8,162 nt of DNA, from IMG/VR virus record IMGVR_UViG_2671180770_000010, positions 1 through 8,162 of that record; one strand, written 5' to 3'. Both the position numbers and the translations under genes were made by a program. A model generated the notes under the pieces. That model saw only the letters and a list, made by a program, of their open reading frames with translations. It searched no databases and had not been told where the DNA came from. Positions 5,812 to 8,162 of the stretch are shown in pieces (the first letter of the stretch is position 1; each line of letters opens with the position of its first letter). The DNA comes from a virus (taxonomy: Duplodnaviria > Heunggongvirae > Uroviricota > Caudoviricetes).

Positions 5812-7632
5812 TTAATTTTTGCTATCGTCATTAGTGACCGATACACATGATGGCATCCAGTCTTCTGATTCCTCCGTCAGTGTCACGTTTGAACGCAAAC
5901 CGTGCTTCGTTTTCCGTTTCATATACTCCCTGCCATATTCCGCCATTGCCCCCGGCATATCTTTACCGAAGCGCGTCAGTGTTACAGGTTTACCAAACCC
6001 ATGTGCCCTCATATAAGCCAGATAGGCATGATAGAGATACCTGCGTGGGCTGAATGGCACAATTTCAGCATTACCCACTAACAGGCCATCACACATTACC
6101 GATGCCATGAGATAGCCGCAGAAGTCCACCAGCGAATCCCCCTCTCGCTTTATCGCCAGTGCTTCTTCAGATTTCTGCTGCTCATATAACAGGCGTCTGG
6201 CTTCGTCCTGATCAGCAAACCGTGTAAGCAGATGACGAATCACTACCGCCAGCTCACCTTCTATTTTTTCCGCCAGCATCGAATCGCGTTCGTTCTCCGG
6301 TACAACTTCCGAAAAATTGAATATCACCCGACGACGTGAGATCCCCCCGCTGCGGTCACTGAATGACATGGCGTTATTGTTAACCACCAGCACTACTGCC
6401 GGAATACGCGTTGAATAGGGGGCTTTGTGTTTCGGGTCAATTGCCACCTTGTCACCGCCTGTAATGGCCTTAATCCCTGCCCCATCACCAGCGTAGCGGG
6501 TCATATCTGGCATGATAATCAGCGAAAAGCCAACCACTAACGCACGTTCCCTTGCATCTTCCAGCGCCTTCATGCTTGCTGATACTGTATTAGCCTTACC
6601 CGCCAGCATGGTGCAAATCTCCGCCATCACGCTTTTACCACTTCCCCCCGGCCCTGTTACCTCAATGAATAACTGCCAGTCGTACCGGTTCGCCAGCACC
6701 ATGAATAATGCCGCCAGTACGCGATCTGCCTTGCGGTCATTCTCAGCCACCGAACGGCGCAACCACTTCCAGAAATTCGGCGCATGTGTTGCCAGCGTTT
6801 CCCCCTCTGCTGGTGGGCTGAAAGGTAATTCACTGGCAATTAACAACCAGTCGTTTTTGTTATGCTCCCGAAAATTACCTGTTCTGGTATCAAATACCCC
6901 GTTACTGAATCCAATCAGGTTACGGGCTGTATTCCCCATTACAGGCAAACTTAACTTCATGGTATCTACCGCCGATTTAATGGCGTTCTGCGAATAGCTG
7001 ATCTCCGCATCAATGAAAATCTGCGCCATAGCACGCTGTAACTCTTTATCCTGAACCGGCTCCCATACAACGCCGTTGTAATGATGAACGGTGTCAGAGT
7101 CGGCATTGATTGCCAGTTCGCCGCCGTAATGTGCCAGGAGAACTTCACCGCGCTGGCTGGCCCCCATCTGATTCAACGCCAAAGATGAAGCACGCTCGTC
7201 ATTTTTGCGCTCTGCCTTCTTCACTGGCAGTTCAATCACCAGACTTTCCCCATGCTCCGCTTCAGCTTTTAGGCCGACAAGGCGCGGAGTCCAGTCTTCA
7301 GGCTCTCGATCAACAAAGCTACGGTAACAACGTGCTTCCTTTACGCCTGCAATAGCAAGTAATGTCGCAACCTTCGTCAGACTTTTCTCTGCAATCTTTC
7401 CGGCACGATAAACACGCACATAATGACGGCCTTCATCGATAATTTGCATATCATCCAGGTTTTCCAGTTGTTCCGTACCCAGAATTACTGGTGGTGTATC
7501 ATCTGCTGCAATATGCTTACCTGCCCATTCATTCCATTCTTTTGCATGGCTCCAGGCATCACTGCCAGCAAAAATGATGACTTCCGTCATTTTGTCGCGC
7601 GGTTGGTATTTTAAGTTCGGAGCACGTTTCAT
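5812..7632 (-). CDS. P4 alpha-like replication protein (phage/plasmid primase-helicase family; pri-rep)
   Basis: 606-aa ORF with the Walker A motif GPGGSGKS (EVTGPGGSGKSV) in its central region. Its size, architecture and the adjacent TGTTCACC iterons are typical of P4-family and PICI primase/helicases. The ATG overlaps the upstream ORF stop as ATGA at 7629-7632. Confidence 0.85.
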   Translation of the reverse strand: MKRAPNLKYQPRDKMTEVIIFAGSDAWSHAKEWNEWAGKHIAADDTPPVILGTEQLENLDDMQIIDEGRHYVRVYRAGKIAEKSLTKVATLLAIAGVKEARCYRSFVDREPEDWTPRLVGLKAEAEHGESLVIELPVKKAERKNDERASSLALNQMGASQRGEVLLAHYGGELAINADSDTVHHYNGVVWEPVQDKELQRAMAQIFIDAEISYSQNAIKSAVDTMKLSLPVMGNTARNLIGFSNGVFDTRTGNFREHNKNDWLLIASELPFSPPAEGETLATHAPNFWKWLRRSVAENDRKADRVLAALFMVLANRYDWQLFIEVTGPGGSGKSVMAEICTMLAGKANTVSASMKALEDARERALVVGFSLIIMPDMTRYAGDGAGIKAITGGDKVAIDPKHKAPYSTRIPAVVLVVNNNAMSFSDRSGGISRRRVIFNFSEVVPENERDSMLAEKIEGELAVVIRHLLTRFADQDEARRLLYEQQKSEEALAIKREGDSLVDFCGYLMASVMCDGLLVGNAEIVPFSPRRYLYHAYLAYMRAHGFGKPVTLTRFGKDMPGAMAEYGREYMKRKTKHGLRSNVTLTEESEDWMPSCVSVTNDDSKN

Positions 7633-7916
7633 TTGTTACCTCCGGCAACTAACATTGCCCGAATTTTGCGGATATAGCCTGCGGCACGCCTCTGATTATC
7701 TGTCTTGCAATTTTTTACCAGAATGAAATCTCTTTCGAACTGCTGACGCGGCATAACACATTCAAAATCATAACCATCACGCAAATAAGAGACACGACGA
7801 TCATCAACCGAAATAATCTTTACCCGATAGCCATAGCTGTCTTTGAAAATATCCCCAAGGCTGATTTTTGAATGAGTTTGACCGCTGGCAATAAAGCCAG
7901 AAAATTTATTTTTCAT
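7629..7916 (-). CDS. Hypothetical 95-aa protein, translationally coupled to the primase gene
   Basis: ORF has GGAG 8 nt upstream of the ATG at 7914-7916 and an ATGA stop/start overlap with the primase gene. No family recognised. Confidence 0.5.
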   Translation of the reverse strand: MKNKFSGFIASGQTHSKISLGDIFKDSYGYRVKIISVDDRRVSYLRDGYDFECVMPRQQFERDFILVKNCKTDNQRRAAGYIRKIRAMLVAGGNK

Positions 7917-8162
7917 TTTTTATTCTCCGGTATAGCTCTGATCGTGTATTTTTATAGCTTCATCCAGCTCTTTGATGACAGGATCAAGTAACGTAATTAA
8001 CGCTCCAGCTAAATTAGCATCCCGTTCATCGTGTTCCGCATTTGTTGTCCCATCAAGCCAGGTTGGGCTTTGTTGAATAAATAAGATTTCGTGCGAACGA
8101 CCCTGTAGCTGGCTGGATTTTCAGGCAATACGCACGCTTTCTGGCATCCCAGCCTTTGTCAT

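Noticed and set aside
5819-7614. Plus-strand ORFs 5819..6016, 5847..6053, 6512..6997, 7110..7355 and 7423..7614, and minus-strand ORFs 6657..6839 and 6966..7148
   Set aside because: All lie within the 606-aa primase/helicase gene in other frames, and none carries a recognisable motif.
1-8162. Integrase, attachment-site repeats, tRNA or rRNA genes
   Set aside because: I found no tyrosine or serine recombinase motifs, no tRNA-like sequence and no long terminal direct repeats. The element boundaries, if any, lie outside the window.

Overview
The window reads as a compact mosaic of phage-derived modules, almost all on the minus strand. All comparisons to lambda and P4 below are from memory of those sequences, not from a search. 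Right to left: (i) a P4-alpha-type replication module, with a small ORF translationally coupled to a 606-aa primase/helicase carrying a TGPGGSGKS P-loop, followed by about ten CTGTTCACC/GGTGAACAG iterons; (ii) a small ORF coupled to an SSB-like protein ending in DDIPF; (iii) a tightly coupled operon encoding a complete lambda gpE-like major capsid protein, a gpD-like decoration protein and an AlpA-like HTH protein; (iv) a lambda-like cos site with near-identical cosB but an altered cosN, followed by a mosaic Nu1-like small terminase; (v) a low-GC segment carrying a convergent 301-aa DUF2971-like cargo gene on the plus strand; (vi) an N-terminally truncated second gpE-like capsid gene, a terminator, and the start of a gpFI-like gene. 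No terminase large subunit, portal, protease, scaffold or integrase is present in the window. My leading interpretation is a satellite-like or hybrid element that pairs P4-type replication with lambda-type packaging and capsid genes, next to or fused with a deleted lambdoid head region.
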